Shown here: positions 12,145 to 24,037 of the stretch, piece by piece
Layout: each line of letters begins with the position of its first letter
How positions within the stretch are numbered: the first letter of the stretch is position 1
Assembly (NCBI GenBank): GCA_965219095.1
Contig: CBDCMT010000001.1
Span: forward strand, 1,376,001-1,440,000
Source: Bdellovibrionales bacterium
GTDB lineage: Bacteria > Bdellovibrionota > Bdellovibrionia > Bdellovibrionales > UBA1609
Length of the DNA stretch: 64,000 bases
Reading direction: 5' to 3'
Notes under the pieces: model-generated
Told to the model about the DNA's origin: nothing
The model's input: the letters and a program-made list of their open reading frames with translations, nothing else
Databases searched by the model: none
Position numbers and translations under genes: made by a program

Positions 12145-12789
12145 TCAATGTACTTGATGCAGATGATAAACCATACTAAGAGTACAGGTGTCATAAATAG
12201 CATAGAGGTGTCGTAAATTAATTGACTTATAGGAATTTTGGAGGGTGGCGTTTTGAAAACGTCTATATTCATCATCAGTCATTTTGCAAGAATGATGAAA
12301 CAAATCTTTATATTTTTCAGAAAAATCTCCTCTGTTCAAATAAACCAAATCTTGCCTTATAGAAAATGATTTTCCTGAGTAAATCGTGTTTAAAAAAAAG
12401 TCCATGTTAAAATCTTTTTCTTTTCTTGAAAAATCATAAATGTACTCTGAGGATAATTCCTTTAGGCTTTCACATTTATGAATCATGCATTTTAAAATTA
12501 AATGATTTTTTGCTGCCTCTACAGTATTTCCATATCCTATTTTTTTTTCTGATTGTGTTGCAAACATACTCTTAAATGGAAAAAGCTTTGTAAATTGATC
12601 TACAGGAGTAGCCGTGTATAGAATTTTTTGATCCTTTTCTAGATCATAAACAGACTTTAGAAGAGAGTCTGTATCCTTTAACAGAAAATGCATTAAGATC
12701 TCTCTTTCTCCGTTCTGTTTTCGATATTGAGAGAAACCATTCAGTTCGAAAAAAAACATGATTAAGACAAAAAATATATATTTTTTCAT
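12145..12789 (-). CDS. Secreted hypothetical protein (identical copy at 24459-25103)
   Basis: N-terminal signal peptide; last gene of a 3-gene operon. Confidence 0.8.
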   Translation of the reverse strand: MKKYIFFVLIMFFFELNGFSQYRKQNGEREILMHFLLKDTDSLLKSVYDLEKDQKILYTATPVDQFTKLFPFKSMFATQSEKKIGYGNTVEAAKNHLILKCMIHKCESLKELSSEYIYDFSRKEKDFNMDFFLNTIYSGKSFSIRQDLVYLNRGDFSEKYKDLFHHSCKMTDDEYRRFQNATLQNSYKSINLRHLYAIYDTCTLSMVYHLHQVH

Positions 12790-12811
12790 AAATTACCATC
12801 CCCCTGAAAGT

Positions 12812-13945
12812 CTAGGCCTCGCCCCCCCCATACAAAATTTTTGATGTAGAAAAAAAGGCCCCTAATTGTATTTTGGATATTTGACGACAAAGATCACTCC
12901 ATCCATCTTTAAGGTTTACTTCTTTTAGCAATTCAAGGTTTTCTTGTGTTCGAGATTCAGCCTCCCTACACGTTAAAGGAGCGCTAGGAGGATTCCATTT
13001 ATAGAGAATGTGATTTTGAGTCACTTCATTATAAAGTAATTTGAAGTCTAAAAGAGCTCCGTTACCAAGAAGACCGTTCCATATGGCTAGAGAAAAAGGT
13101 TTTATTTTTTTTATAATTTCATCTATTTTTTTAACACAAGATGTTTCTTGTAAAAAACTTAAAGTTTCTTTTGAGTAAAAATAAGAAACATCTTTGTCAA
13201 TCATATCAGAAATTTCATTAATGATATTCCACTCAAGCTGAAAAGCTCTTAAGCTAGAAAAAGCGGACTGAAGAACAGGAGAGCCTAATAAAGGATCAAA
13301 TTTTTTCAGTTGATTATAATGGGGAGATGTTATTTTATCTGCAAAATGGGATTGATATTGAAAACCAGCATCTAATTGTATGGATAATTCGTGGACTAAA
13401 ATGGGAATTAACCTTTTTTCAGAGAAACTACTTTCATATAAAATGATTTCTCCTGTATGAGACCAAGAATCAAAAATATAAGAACTCTCTGAAAGGAAAT
13501 CTTCATTATTTATATAAAAATATTTCATCTTTTCATAAGTTGGAAAAAAAGTTGTTTTGTTAGATTGTAGTTTTACCTCAATAGGAAAGAAAGGTTTATA
13601 GGCCTTCTTTTTTGGAAGGGGTGCCTCTTCGCAGCCTAATAAAATATTAGAAATGTCGGACTCACCTAATCCTAAATAGATGTTGGCTATTTTTTTATCA
13701 CATAACAAAGTTTGACGAAGCATATAGTAGAGAGCTGTAGGGGTTGAAAGTATTGTCTTATAGGCAGAAAGTATTTTTTTATAATTTTCACTGCCCCTTT
13801 CAATTTCTCTCTTTTTTTCATGACTATGAAAAGAAATTCCATGAATCTTTTGACAACTATGCCGCCCTGTTTCAACAGAAGCGGCCTCCCTATTAAAAAA
13901 AGAAAAAAGCAGAACAAAAATAAATAAAAATTGAAAAGACGTCAT
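12812..13945 (-). CDS. Secreted hypothetical protein with HELSI motif; C-terminus frameshifted relative to copy 2
   Basis: Signal peptide; G8 tract here versus G7 in 25107-26258. Confidence 0.8.
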   Translation of the reverse strand: MTSFQFLFIFVLLFSFFNREAASVETGRHSCQKIHGISFHSHEKKREIERGSENYKKILSAYKTILSTPTALYYMLRQTLLCDKKIANIYLGLGESDISNILLGCEEAPLPKKKAYKPFFPIEVKLQSNKTTFFPTYEKMKYFYINNEDFLSESSYIFDSWSHTGEIILYESSFSEKRLIPILVHELSIQLDAGFQYQSHFADKITSPHYNQLKKFDPLLGSPVLQSAFSSLRAFQLEWNIINEISDMIDKDVSYFYSKETLSFLQETSCVKKIDEIIKKIKPFSLAIWNGLLGNGALLDFKLLYNEVTQNHILYKWNPPSAPLTCREAESRTQENLELLKEVNLKDGWSDLCRQISKIQLGAFFSTSKILYGGGEA

Positions 13946-15312
13946 TTAACTCCTAATTTTATATGTTGGTTTTTTGATATTTTTATTTTCTGAACTTTGA
14001 AAACAGACTCCTCTCTTAAAGTTAATCCATAAATTCTTTTGTTTAATCTCTTAAAAAGGATTCTTGTTTTATCAATGGCCATAAAGCTAAGGGATTCGTT
14101 ATAGAGCAATTGGATCACTTCTTCCATTGAACAAGAGGTTTTTTCAGAAAAAATTTGAAAAACTTTTTCTACAACTTCAATGTTTTTTAAAAATACTTTT
14201 TGGTCTTTGAACACAAGACTTCCATCTCTCTTATGGACATAAATATAAAGCTCATCTAAGGGAATTTGTAAGTCAAGTTTTTTCCTCCAAAGATTTCTTG
14301 TTTTTTGAGAAAACTTATATAGAAGTAAATTTACAAAGTCTAACAAGGAGTCCTTGTTCTGAGCTCTTCTTAGAGATAGTACAGAAACTTTTAAAACCTC
14401 GGAAAAAATCATTTTGTTCTTTAGCTCCACAACTTCTCTAAGAGATAAGCTGTAATTTTTATTCTCAAGAAAATTAAGAAGAATTTTTTCATACAAAGTT
14501 AAAAATTCACTTTTCAGTATAGGCTTAATTGTCTTTAGATCTATGGGCTTATCATGGATCAAACAATGTTCAATGAATTCTGTCAGAAACAAATTGATAT
14601 CTGTTGGGTTTTTTATTTTACTGCTTTTCAAGACATTAAAAAGTCTTGCCTCTGCAAGACTTTGTTTTTTCACTCTCAACTCAGCTAAGAATAGAGCATG
14701 CTGTGTTTCAATGAATAAGGAATGATCACCCCCTATATCCGAATACTCTAATAAATTGAAATAAGCAGAGTTAATGTCTTGGGTCGTTCCACAAACGGAC
14801 TCTATTCTTAAAATTTGCGATAAGCAAAGAAGAACATCTTCTGTTTTTTGTCCTTTAAATATTTTCAAAAGATGTTTATAACTTTTTAAAGCTTCATAAA
14901 TATACCCATCAAGTTCTAGGAATTTGTTAATGTTGATCCTTGTTCTAAAAACAGTTCTTGGTTCTAAAAGAAAATGGTTTTTTCTAAGGTATTCTTCTAT
15001 CTTCTTCCATTTTTTTCTCCAACTTGAAAAATCTGACATTAAAAGGAATAAATTAGCCTCTTCACACAGCATTTTTACATGAGGAGGATGCCTTTCCTTG
15101 TGACCTTTTATAACCTCTAAAGCTTTTTCATATTTACCTTGAAGTAAAAAGTTTTTAGATTTTAAAAAATTTTTTTCACTCATGAGCTCATGATTTAAGC
15201 CTTCATCTTGAATGGTGTTGATGATGTTTCTATTTTTCTCAAAATCAGAATCTTCCAAAGCTTTATAAGCAGTTTGGAGTTTTTTTACTAAGCTCTTATT
15301 ATTGATATTCAT
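13942..15312 (-). CDS. Helical TPR-like protein with probable C-terminal winged-helix domain (putative regulator)
   Basis: TPR-like GKYEKALEVI; C-terminal SMEEVIQLLY...KTRILFKRLNKRI resembles an OmpR-type wHTH; ATGA coupling to the next gene. Confidence 0.6.
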   Translation of the reverse strand: MNINNKSLVKKLQTAYKALEDSDFEKNRNIINTIQDEGLNHELMSEKNFLKSKNFLLQGKYEKALEVIKGHKERHPPHVKMLCEEANLFLLMSDFSSWRKKWKKIEEYLRKNHFLLEPRTVFRTRININKFLELDGYIYEALKSYKHLLKIFKGQKTEDVLLCLSQILRIESVCGTTQDINSAYFNLLEYSDIGGDHSLFIETQHALFLAELRVKKQSLAEARLFNVLKSSKIKNPTDINLFLTEFIEHCLIHDKPIDLKTIKPILKSEFLTLYEKILLNFLENKNYSLSLREVVELKNKMIFSEVLKVSVLSLRRAQNKDSLLDFVNLLLYKFSQKTRNLWRKKLDLQIPLDELYIYVHKRDGSLVFKDQKVFLKNIEVVEKVFQIFSEKTSCSMEEVIQLLYNESLSFMAIDKTRILFKRLNKRIYGLTLREESVFKVQKIKISKNQHIKLGVK

Positions 15313-15518
15313 CTTTGTATGCCTTCTTCTGAAATTCCTTCTCTGAATAAATCGTCTTAAATCTTATTTCCCTAAAACACAGTCAATTTTATCTAGGCCC
15401 GCAAACACCCTTCTATTCTAGCTTATCTTAGAGGATGTCCGTAATCCCGTTAGGGTTTCAGAAGGGACTTTTTCATAATTAAGCTATCTCCATTTGTTTT
15501 TCAAGGGTTATTTTATTT

Positions 15519-17911
15519 GCATCCTCGAAAGAATCTGTGGGTTCCCGGAGGTTCTGGCAGTTTTCCAAGGTTATGATATAAGGCGATTTTTATAGCTTTA
15601 GAGGTTCTAAAGCCGTAAGATTTTCTCATAGTGAGTTTTACTTTGTTGTTTAAACCCTCTACAATCCCTGAGGAGAAGGTTTTTTTAGCCTTGAAGTAAT
15701 TAAGAATAAGTAGCTTATGTCTTTGTATGGTTTTTGCTTTTCTTTTCATAGGTTCAATTTTTGAAAGCATGACTCGTCTCGTCCAACTGTCTATAAATTT
15801 ACCAGCCCAAGTTGGTGGAACATAGGTCCATAACTGTCGGAAGTCTTCTTTTAAAAAATAACAGCGGATACTTTTTAAATTGTACTGTATTAAATGCCTT
15901 AATTTTACTTTTTCATAAGATTTTAAATTTTCTGCATTTTTTAACAAGGGCCATCTAGCTTTTGTTAAAAGGGGTTCATACCCGTCTTCTTTCATTTTTT
16001 TGTGTTCTGAAGCTCTCACTTCATCTAAAGCCTTATTGAGTCTTGCTACGATATGAAACCGATCTAATATGTGTAAAGCTCCACTTGCCCTCTCCTTTAT
16101 GACTTTTAAATAAGGCTTCCACATATCAGAACACACAAACCGTATATCTTTTGACTTCTCTCCTAGGGCGTGTCCTCATTTGCCTAGACCTTTTTCAAGA
16201 CCTTAGGCCTGTTGAATATTTATAAAGATTGTAAAAAGCTCATAACAAAGGGGGTATTTATGTTAAGAAAAGTTTTAACAGATTCTATGTGAAAGGATCT
16301 GGAAGCTATTATAAGAGGGAAGGGCTGTTATCATTCAGCAAACAATAGAAATATTATGGAAGCCATTTTATGGAAATTACGTACAGGCAGTCCGTGGCGT
16401 GACATTCCTGAACAGTTCTGTCCTTGGAAGAGAGCATATAATCGCTTTAATAGGTGGGCACAAAAAGGGTTATGGAATGATTTTTTTTTGCTTTACAAGA
16501 AGAAGTTGATACAGAGTGGGTGTCCATCGACGGAAGTTACGTATCGGTTCATCAGCATGCTAGTGGAGCTCGGCGTGGAGAAAGTCGTGCTGTGGGAAAA
16601 TCTAGAGGTGGATCCACAACAAAAATACACATGGCCTCCGATGCGCATGGAAATCCACTCTGTTTTAAAATCACTGGGGGTGAAGTCCACGACAGTCAAG
16701 TTGCAGGTGATTTAATTGATGAGTTTCATAGTGAGTATTTGATTGCTGATAAGGCCTATGATTCAGATGAGATACGAGATAAAGCTCATAGTAAGAAGAT
16801 AAAGCCTGTAATACCGAGACGAAAAAATAGCAAAAAGAAAAATAAAGATTTTGATCGTCATATTTATAAATCTCGACATCAGATAGAAAACCTTTTTGCT
16901 CGTCTTAAACATTTTAGAGGCATTGCTACTCGATTTGAAAAGCTTGCTAGAAATTTCAAAGCTATACTATCTATAGCGTGTATGTTTATTTGGCTTAAAC
17001 TTCAAAGCAAAGGTCCAGTCAAATGAGGACACGCCCTAGTAAATCAAAGAATTTTCTAAAACTCTTTTCTGTTCTTTTCTCTCCTATCCACAACAAGCGT
17101 ACACGGGTTTTGCTTATTTCATAGACTAAGGTGAGATACTGATGGTTCTTTTTCCATTGTATTTCATCTACACCTATAGCTTGTATTCCCTTTAAAACCC
17201 TTTGTTTTAAACCATATTCTACGACCCATTCTACCGAAGCATAGACCTGATTCCAACTGACATGAAACTTACAAGAAACCTCTTTCCAAGACAGGTGACG
17301 ACACCAGTCTGCTAAGTACTTCATGTAAAAGATCGTTAAACTCTTCTTACCATCGGCCCAAGGTAAATGTTCAACTTTTACCCCACAGCAAGGACAATTG
17401 ACTCTTCTTACAGCATAAACAAAGAACACCCTGTAACTTAAAATAGGAAGGGATTCAAAGTCCCGTGATGATTTACTGCTGTCATACACTGAACAGGGCT
17501 TCTTACAAACACTACAAAAAGCTTGGCCATTTTTACGAGCCTTAATAGGAACATTAATTGACTTTCTATCTTTTGAAAAATAAATGTCTTCGTACACAAA
17601 AGACTTCCATCTTAAACAATCATTTAGTATAGTCTTCAAAAGCATCTCTTCCCTCCTTTTTTTTTTTTTTGAATAACATTTTAAGGCATCTGGGAAGTAG
17701 GTGCTTCTTTTTTAAAATTTTAATGTAACACAGCAAATAAAAGCAAATAAAATGAATGTTTTTGAGTTCAATCACCGGAGGTGATAGAGGCCAGTAAGGG
17801 CCTCAAAGAACTCAAAAATACAAGATAGGATGTCTTACTCTTACTTTGATTAATATGAGCCTTTTTGGGGGATTTCTACTACTTTTCACCCACAGATTCC
17901 CGGGAGGAGCC
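15519..17911 (-). mobile_element. ISL3 copy interrupted by IS5
   Basis: TSD TTTTATTT; ORF halves 17019-17645 and 15513-16136. Confidence 0.9.
16166..17036 (+). mobile_element. IS5 family (IS427-like, two-ORF) element
   Basis: IR GGGCGTGTCCTCATTTG, inserted at CTAG (TA duplication); RTGSPWRDIP, SRGG.TTKIH, ADKAYDS, IENLFARLK. Confidence 0.9.
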
Positions 17912-19649
17912 TTTTATTTATTTCTTCTATAAATAGAGGGATTTGTTTATGTCCCCTGATAGTGCGAAATTTTTTCTCGACATGTAACAAGGAAGCTGCG
18001 ACCCATAAGGAGATTTGTCGAGGATTTTTTTTCCAATTCTTCACTCTTCCTGTTTGTTGACGAACGATAGAGAAGGCACTTTCTATTGGGTTCGTAGAGC
18101 TTAAAGTCTTTCGTAAAAGAGGAGGAGTTTTTAAACGAAGGACTGTCAATGTTTCTAAATGGGCTTCTTTAAGACTTTCTGAAGCTTCAGAGCTTATTTT
18201 TTTAAGCCACTTCAGAAGACTATCATGTTCTTTTTTAGCACTTTCATAATCTTCCAATCCATGAAGTTTTTTCCAACGTCTTTTAAACTCTAAGTGCTTT
18301 TCTTTGGGAAGATAGGAGAGGATATTCCTCTCCTTATGATGAATGCATCTTTGAACCAAAGAGTTCTGTCCAAAAACATCATTGATGGATTTGCGAAGAG
18401 CTTTGCTTCCGTCAGTCACAAACAGTTTTTTGCTATCTTGTGGAAGACCACGTTCTATAAGATTTTGCAAGAGGTCTGTCACGATGACAGCGTTCTCTGT
18501 AGAGCCTTCTCTGAGACCTAAAATCATCTTTTTTCCTTCACTTGTAATTCCAAGAACGCAAATCACTGTTCTTTTTGAAAATTCAATGCCGTCAATCATT
18601 AAAGCCACGAAACTTTCTTGTGAAAGATTCCGAGACTGAATGGCTTCCAAAGACTTTTGACAACTCATCTTGAAAGCTTTACTGACAGAGGATTTTTTTA
18701 AACCTAAGCCGTCTTCCAACTTCCTTTGTAAAGGCTCATAGTTTCTGGTGCTGACTCCTCATAGCCCTCATTACATCTTCACAGAGAAGATCAAAGCTCT
18801 GGAGAACTGTATAACTCTCCAGAGGAACTTCCTCTTTGTTTTTTCTAAGACGAGGACGTTGAACTCTTATCCTCTGTCCTTGAAGAATAACAGATCCTTT
18901 TCCACTTCCTCCTCTGTGACAGAGACCCTCTGACTTTTTGTGGGAAAAGGGCTTTCCGCAGAGTCTTTTTACTTCCTCTTGGAAAAGATCATGGACTAAT
19001 TTCAGCGTTGCTCCTTCAAGCTGCATAGCAATAAGCTGGCGAATCTTCTCATGTTTATTTTTTACCATTTGTAACTGGGATTGATATTGTGTATCTTTCA
19101 TTTGGGGCTCCTTTTTGGTTTGTTTATAATACCCTGAGTTTAGCTCAGGGGAGCCCCTTCTTCAAACCCTAACGACTTTACGGACAATCTCTTATCTTAT
19201 CTACTTAAAGAGAGCCTAAAATCTAATGATTAGGTTTATATCATAAGTTATAGGCTGTGTCAAAAAAATTATTTTTTCCTGAGCTTGAACGATTGAACAA
19301 CCTTTTGCAGGAAACGGACTGTTATATGACAACTTATGTGACAACTTAGATTTTTTAACTCAATGGGTCATCAAGGTCAATTCATTGTTATTTTTACAAT
19401 TCTTTTTGAAAATTATATGTCTACTTCTGTCCACTTCTGTTCACCTCAATATGTTTTAAAAGCGTCTATCAAAAAGTATAACTACTTCAAGAAGGGAGGA
19501 GAATGGTTCTTAAATAACTGAAGCCAAAAGATAGGGATAAGAGTTCTTTCCCCTAAGTAAATAGAACTCAAATGAATTAAATAAATTAAATAACAGAAGG
19601 ATGTTAACTTTTTAAGTTTCACATCTTTCATAGAACATAGGAGAAAAAT

Positions 19650-20324
19650 ATGAAAATTATGAATTTTATTAAAATCACAACAGTTACTTTTTTAGTATCT
19701 CTGTCCAGCTTTGCTTTTGCCATGGATAAAAATTACTGTAGTGAAGGATTGCCACTTTGCTTAGAAGAAATATCTTATATATCTAAGCAGTTTCTTCAAC
19801 TAAGAAAATCAAATTCTAAAGAGTATGATGCAGACATTAGATTTTGGAAGAATCTCTTATCTATTTGTGATGGTTCTACATGTACAATAGATGTTAATAG
19901 AAGGACTTTTAGGAATCTGATAGAAGTTAGCAATGACTCAAAAGAAGCTACAAGTAGTATTGTTTTAAAGCTTTCAAACCGGCTTAGAGACGTTAAAAGT
20001 TTTGTTAGAGAATGTGTTATAAATAAAAGTCACTGTAATAAAAAATTGCCAAGTTACATAGAACTAATACATTCAGTATCTGAAGAGGTTCTTATTATAG
20101 TAGGCAGATCCCATTCTAAATATACGGATTCAAGAATCAGTAGTTATGAGAGGGTCTTATCTTTGTGTGGTGCACCTCGATGTAGAGTAACTTATAACCT
20201 AAGTGTGGTAAGGAATCTAATAGAAATTACAAGTGACTTCAAAAAGGCTCTAAATGAGTATGATTTATATTTCTCAAAAACTCTTAAAAACATTGAAAGT
20301 TTTGTTAGAGAATGTGTTAAGTAA
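19650..20324 (+). CDS. Secreted Cys-rich tandem-unit protein, paralog 2
   Basis: Same leader, framework and flanking DNA as 11134-11802. Confidence 0.85.
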   Translation: MKIMNFIKITTVTFLVSLSSFAFAMDKNYCSEGLPLCLEEISYISKQFLQLRKSNSKEYDADIRFWKNLLSICDGSTCTIDVNRRTFRNLIEVSNDSKEATSSIVLKLSNRLRDVKSFVRECVINKSHCNKKLPSYIELIHSVSEEVLIIVGRSHSKYTDSRISSYERVLSLCGAPRCRVTYNLSVVRNLIEITSDFKKALNEYDLYFSKTLKNIESFVRECVK

Positions 20325-20468
20325 TTCGATTAATTTACCCACAGAGCCCCCCTGGAATCCATGCAATTCTTTTGAGGGGCTTAATTATACCAACTACAGA
20401 AATTAATTCAATATTTTTTATTTTCAAATTCAAAATGTTTAGAATTAACTTAAAGCTTTTAGATTGTA

Positions 20469-20615
20469 AAAATTTTTTTCACTCATGAACTCATGATTTA
20501 AGCCTTCATCTTGAATGGTGTTGATGATATTTCTATTTTTCTTAAAATCAGCATCTTCCAAAGCTTTATAAGCAGTTTGGAGTTTTTTTGCTAAGCTCTT
20601 ATTATTGATATTCAT
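20469..20615 (-). pseudogene. 5' fragment of the TPR-wHTH regulator gene
   Basis: Matches about 15166-15312 and its upstream region, then truncated. Confidence 0.75.
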
Positions 20616-20783
20616 CTTTGTATGCTTTCTTCTGAAATTCCTTTCTGATAAATCGTCTTAAATCTGATTTCCCTAAAACACAGTCAATTTTATCTAGGCC
20701 TGCAAACACCCTTCTATTCTAGCTTATTTTATCTCTTAAAAGAGCCTAAAATCTAATGAAATGATAAGGGTTACATCATAAGT

Positions 20784-22349
20784 TAGTCGAACGTGAAAAA
20801 TGCACAAACAGCTAAAAACACTTGTTTTTTTGTAATTTTTGCATAAAAATAATTGCAAGGAAGTGGAAAAACAGATAAAAAACCTTGCAAAACAGAAAGG
20901 AAAAAAGATGAGGCCAAAAGACATGTTCAGCACACAAAAGAGAAGCCCTCTTAATTTTAGAGTAAACGACATTGTTCATAAGAAGCATCCGCTTGTCATT
21001 TTAGCTAATAAAATAGACTGGGATCGTTTTGATAAAGATTTTGGTTCGAAGTATGATGAAAAAAAAGGTCGTCCAGGTCTTTCAACTCGTTTAATGGTGG
21101 GACTTCAGTGCTTGAAATACATTTATAATTTAAGTGACGAGAAGACAATAGAAATGTTCAAAGAGAGTCCTCAATGGCAGTATTTTTGTGGTCAGCCTTT
21201 TTATTCTTATGAAGATCCCTGTGATAGAAGTTCATTGACTAACTGGAGAAAGAGGATGGGGGCTGAGAAGATAGAAGTTCTCTTAGAGGAAACCATTGAT
21301 TTAGCTTTGAGAGAGGATTTTGTAAAAAAAAAAGAGTTTGAGAATGTAGTTGTTGATACAACTGTTCAAGAGAAAGCAATAGCTTTTCCTACAGACAGCC
21401 GTCTTTATTACAAAGCTTTAAAGACTTTAGTTCACAGGGCTAAAAAAGAGGGTTTAGTTTTACGTCAAAGCTATAAAAGAAAGGCCAAGGAGTGTTTGTT
21501 TAAGAATGCTCGTTATGCTCATACAAGAAAAATACGTTTAGCAAGAAAACAGCAAAGAAAGCTTCATACTTATCTAGGTCGTGTGATAAGAGATGTTACA
21601 AGAAAAGGAGGTCCTAAGTTCTTGGAAGAGAATACATCTTTAAAAAGATGTTTATCTTTATGTGTAAGAATTTATAACCAAAAAAGAGGGGATAAGAACA
21701 AGGTGTATAGTGTTCATGCTCCTGAGGTTTATTGCATAGGGAAGGGCAAAGCCCATAAAAAATATGAATTTGGCAATAAGGTGAGTGTGGCAACTTCATC
21801 AAAAAATTGCTGGGTTTTAGGGGTAAAGTCATTTGAAAAAAATGTATCAGATGTTCACAGTTTAAAGCCAGCCTTATCTCAAGTTGAATCCTTAACAAAG
21901 GTTAAGGCAAAAAATTTGTATGTAGATAAAGGTTATCGTGGCAAAGAGCATCATCCTTCGGGAGTTAATGTTCATATTGGGGGAATGAGTAAAACATTAA
22001 GTCCCTACAAAAGAAAACTTCACAGAAGAAGAAGTTCAGTTGAGGCAATCATTGGTCATATGAAAATAGATTCTCGTATGGGAAGGAACTTTTTATTAGG
22101 ATCACAAGGGGATGCTATTAATAGTCTTTTATCAGGAGTTTCTCAAAATTTTAGAAAGTTAATGCTAGAGGTGCGTCTTTTTTCGTTTTTTTCACTGAAA
22201 TGGCTTAAAAGGCCTGTACGCCTTCTTGAAAACTACTGTTTTGTTTAAGTTATGAAAAAATATTTAACCCTCTATAGTAGAAAGTAACAGGAATAAAGAT
22301 CATACAGCATAAAAATCCTAGGCTTTTGTCAATTTTTCACGTTCGACTA
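20784..22349 (+). mobile_element. IS5-family element with intact transposase (about 20908-22248)
   Basis: IR TAGTCGAACGTGAAAAA, duplicated AGT; VDTTVQEKAIAFPTD, GKAHKKYEFG, YVDKGYRG. Confidence 0.92.
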
Positions 22350-22658
22350 AGTTATAGGCTGTGTCAAAAAAATGATTTTTTCCTGAGCTTGAACGATTGA
22401 ACAACCTTTTGCAGGAAACGGACTGTTATATGACAACTTATGTGACAACTTAGATTTTTTAACTCAATGGGTCATCAAGGTCAATTCATTGTTATTTTTA
22501 CAATTCTTTTTGAAAAATTTATATGTCCACTTTAGTACACTTCAGTCTGTTTTAAAAGTGATCTCATTTGATTATGTTTGTGCTGGAATGTGTATACAAA
22601 TCAAAATGTGTAATGCAAATCACACATCATTTATAAAAACAAAAAAAAGAGAATAAAA

Positions 22659-23724
22659 ATGAATATAAAAACTTTTATACCACTTATATGTACTGGGCTC
22701 TGGGGATTTTCATCTCATGCTGTGTCCTATCACCACTCTGAATCTAAACACATAAAAGCTCTCCAGAATCCTCTTGTTTGCGATTTGATTCCTTATATAC
22801 CCAAATTCCACGCTAAAAATGATCACTACATTGCTCTAACATAGGATAAGTTCCATAAGACAGAAATTTTCCAGTAAAAATGGGGTTATTGCCCTTTTTT
22901 TCTGTGAAAAGCTCTTGCCATTCTATTTTTAAGTAGTTACCATAATGGTAACTACTATGAGTTTTATAAAGAAGATTAAAAGAGGAGGCAGCACTTATTT
23001 AGCAGAGGTGAGAAATATCCGAGTCAAGGGCAAGGTCGTACATCAGAATTTTAAAAGGAGTTACAAATTTAAATCCTGTACGACACTGGCTTTGCAACAG
23101 AGTAGTGGCTCATTTTTTTATTTGTTATTTATCTTATCTTCTGCTTTCCGTATTAAAGTTACATCTCTACAATTTGGATTTGGATATTTCGCCCATTCAA
23201 GCATTAAAAGAGCTAGAAAACCTGTACAAAGTTTATTTTTCTGATAAAAAGAAAAAAGTTCAAATGTCTCGGACAGTTGCTCTAAGCAAAATTCAAGAAA
23301 ATATCATAAAGGCTATTGACAAAAAGCTTCTCAGAGAAATGAAAACCAGTAGTGATCATTTTTAGCGTGGAATTTGGGTTATATAGTCTTACAAAAAAAT
23401 GAAGAAGCTATGAATAGCTATGAAATCAAAGACAGAGCAGGTATCTTATGGCATGGAAGTACTGTGGAGGTTATTGATAACAAGGTTTATACTGGCCTTG
23501 GCGTTCAGTTCGTCAAGGTTAGAGTTGTAAACAACTTGATTTCAAAATTAGATCGAGACAGGAAGCAAATACTTCTTCAAAATGGTAGCATTGGTCATCA
23601 AATGTGTGAAACTTGCACAATGGACAAAGTGTATCTAGCTAAAGTTGGAGAGGTAGGTTTTATAGACTTAGTTAGTGTGGGTCAAGAAACTGATTTACAT
23701 AGAAAACTTTGCGAGAGGATTTAA
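22659..23724 (+). pseudogene. Secreted ~159-aa protein with SH3b-like domain, split by an IS1634 derivative
   Basis: Removing 22800-23378 and one TSD restores ...DLIPYIVLQKNEE...; LWHGSTVEVID..FVKVRV..GEVGFID pattern. Confidence 0.7.
22800..23378 (+). mobile_element. Internally deleted IS1634-family derivative (579 bp)
   Basis: Perfect 30-bp IR CCCAAATTCCACGCTAAAAATGATCACTAC; TTATATA duplicated; N- and C-terminal transposase fragments (AHFFICYLSYLL). Confidence 0.85.
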
Positions 23725-23791
23725 GTTCACTCTAATTTATTAAAAACATTTAAGTTATGAATGAGTGAAAGTAAGAAGGGATAAAGAAAAT

Positions 23792-24037
23792 ATGAAAAAA
23801 ACCATTTTTACAGGATTTATTTTAGGTTTCATCTTGAGTTTTTCTACGCAAGCTATTGGGGGAAGTTTTGGGAATCCTGCAAATTTATCTGGAAGTTCGA
23901 TGCCAAACAAACAACGAAAAGCTAAAAGTAAAAAGCCTCCTCAAAAGAAGGGCAGAAAACAACAGCACAGCAAAAAAGAAGATCGAAGTAGAAAGAAGGA
24001 TTTAGAATTATGCAAATTATTTTCTCATAATTCTTAA
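23792..24037 (+). CDS. Small secreted basic protein, possibly truncated
   Basis: Signal peptide MKKTIF...STQA, then GGSFGNP and a Lys-rich tail. Confidence 0.55.
   Translation: MKKTIFTGFILGFILSFSTQAIGGSFGNPANLSGSSMPNKQRKAKSKKPPQKKGRKQQHSKKEDRSRKKDLELCKLFSHNS

Larger units (their letters stand above)
15431..19191 (-). mobile_element. IS256-family element (frameshifted transposase 17912-19101) carrying a nested ISL3
   Basis: IRs GAGGATGTCCGTAA / TTACGGACAATCTC, TSD TTATCTTA; LMIDG, VTDGSKAL, VQRCIHHK, STNPIES. Confidence 0.9.

Noticed and set aside
17657..17670. Variable poly-T tract in ISL3 copies as phase variation
   Set aside because: Non-coding homopolymer; the length differences could be sequencing error
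11134..20324. Diversity-generating retroelement behind the Cys-protein variation
   Set aside because: No reverse transcriptase in the window and the differences are not restricted to adenines
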